From a virus (lineage: Duplodnaviria; Caudoviricetes), in IMG/VR virus record IMGVR_UViG_3300037785_000045, positions 1-36,739 of that record: a DNA stretch of 36,739 bases, one strand, 5' to 3'. Shown here one piece after another: positions 35,597 to 36,739 of the stretch. The stretch's first letter is position 1. Every line of letters begins with the position of its first letter. The notes below the pieces were generated by a model. It saw only the letters and a program-made list of their open reading frames with translations, did no database searches and was not told the DNA's origin. The translations under genes were made by a program, and so were the position numbers.

Positions 35597-36475
35597 ATGA
35601 CTATTAATATTCTTAGAACTCAAGAGTATAGCACAAACATTGAGTTGCTATCTCAACAAATGCAAGCCAAGCTTGCTCCATTTTGTTCTGTTGAATCAGC
35701 AGAAGGTAACAAGGCTTTCCGCATGGTTTCACAGGTAGACCAAACATCTGCTACAGAACGTAACACTCGTGCAAAGCCAGCACAGAACATTGACCTAGAT
35801 CATGACGGACGTTGGGTTTACCCACGCATGTTTGATTGGGGTAAAGTTGTTGACGACATTGATTTGCGTCAGACAACGATTGCTCCACAAGGGCCATACA
35901 CACGTTCTGCTGTTGCAGCGCTTAACCGTACAAAAGACGATCTGTTCTCAGAGGCGTTTTTCGGTGATGCCCGCACAGGTGAAACAGGTTCTGTGACAAC
36001 GTCTTTTGACAGCAACAACCAGATTGCCCATAACTATGGTGCGACAACTGGAGTTTCTGTTGAGAAGATGCGTGAAGCACAAAAGATTCTTTTGGACAAC
36101 AACGTTGATTTAGACATGGAAGAAGTTTACATGGCTGTATCACCGCAGGGTCACGATGATCTATTGGCGCTTACACAGGTTATTAGCACAGACTTCAACG
36201 ATGCTCCTGTATTGGTTGGTGGTCGTGTTAAGAAATTCTTGAACATGAACATTGTTATTTCAACACGTCTCCCAACAGACGCTAGCGGTTACCGCCGTTG
36301 CCCTGTATGGGTTCCATCTGCGATGGGTTGTGGTATGTGGAAAGACATTTCAGGTGAAGTTCGCAAGCGTCCAGACTTGCAGGGTAATCCTGATTATGTT
36401 GAAGCATCTATGATGATTGGCTTCACACGTATTGAAGAAGCTAAAGCAGTTGAAATTAAAGCAGAAGAAGCATAG
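35597..36475 (+). CDS. Major capsid protein
   Basis: 'LSQQM..KL', 'D..D...T', 'A.NR..DD' and 'R.EE..V.I' pattern; 292 aa; follows the scaffold; GAGG RBS. Confidence 0.88.
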   Translation: MTINILRTQEYSTNIELLSQQMQAKLAPFCSVESAEGNKAFRMVSQVDQTSATERNTRAKPAQNIDLDHDGRWVYPRMFDWGKVVDDIDLRQTTIAPQGPYTRSAVAALNRTKDDLFSEAFFGDARTGETGSVTTSFDSNNQIAHNYGATTGVSVEKMREAQKILLDNNVDLDMEEVYMAVSPQGHDDLLALTQVISTDFNDAPVLVGGRVKKFLNMNIVISTRLPTDASGYRRCPVWVPSAMGCGMWKDISGEVRKRPDLQGNPDYVEASMMIGFTRIEEAKAVEIKAEEA

Positions 36476-36489
36476 AAGGAGGTGGTCTG

Positions 36490-36739
36490 ATGGCTACACA
36501 AAAAGGTACACACATTACAAAGTTTGATAACGAACCATTTGACGTTGTTGATGCTCGCGAGCATGGCGGTGTTTTAAAGGTTGCTATCGATGCTTTTGAA
36601 CTTGCTGATACAGCGGATGGTGACATTGCTCACGTATTCCGTCTTCCAGTGGACGCAATCATCTCAAGCCTACAGTTTGGTTGTGATGATCTAGGAACTG
36701 CTGGTACAGTTGATATTGGTTTGTATAAGAAGAATGCTG
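36490..36739 (+). CDS. 5' part of putative capsid cement/decoration protein (continues at 9-253; 164 aa in total)
   Basis: AGGAGG RBS, ATG at 36490, open to the window end (MATQKGTHITKFDNEP...DIGLYKKNA). Confidence 0.75.
   Translation, partial: MATQKGTHITKFDNEPFDVVDAREHGGVLKVAIDAFELADTADGDIAHVFRLPVDAIISSLQFGCDDLGTAGTVDIGLYKKNA

Noticed and set aside
36440-36495. T7 10A/10B-type capsid frameshift
   Set aside because: No slippery run near the MCP stop, and the next gene has its own AGGAGG RBS.

Overview
This window looks like a complete, circularly permuted ~36.7 kb podovirus-like phage genome. The last 8 nt repeat the first 8 nt, and joining them restores an intact 164-aa ORF. The + strand arm (about 30.1 kb to the end, continuing 1-14.4 kb) holds the packaging, head, tail, ejection and lysis genes in a T7/BPP-1-like order: terS, terL, portal, scaffold, major capsid, cement-like protein, tail tubular A/B, internal virion proteins, tail fibres, a DEDDy exonuclease, M15 endolysin, holin and spanins. 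The - strand arm (about 29.1 to 14.4 kb) holds small early genes, a small serine recombinase, a TOPRIM-VirE primase/helicase, an SF2 helicase, VRR-NUC, a YqaJ exonuclease with a partner protein, HTH proteins, SSB and many small accessory ORFs. I recognised no DNA polymerase, RNA polymerase or tyrosine integrase. The SSB resembles alphaproteobacterial ones (inference). The most unusual non-coding signals are: a 122-nt tRNA-like element with an encoded CCA and a second nested T-arm (17150-17271, -), a structured leader upstream of the capsid gene, one palindromic operator-like site found at two distant loci, an iteron-rich candidate origin, and a candidate packaging or end region upstream of terS. 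All product calls come from motif recognition and gene order. No database search was run.
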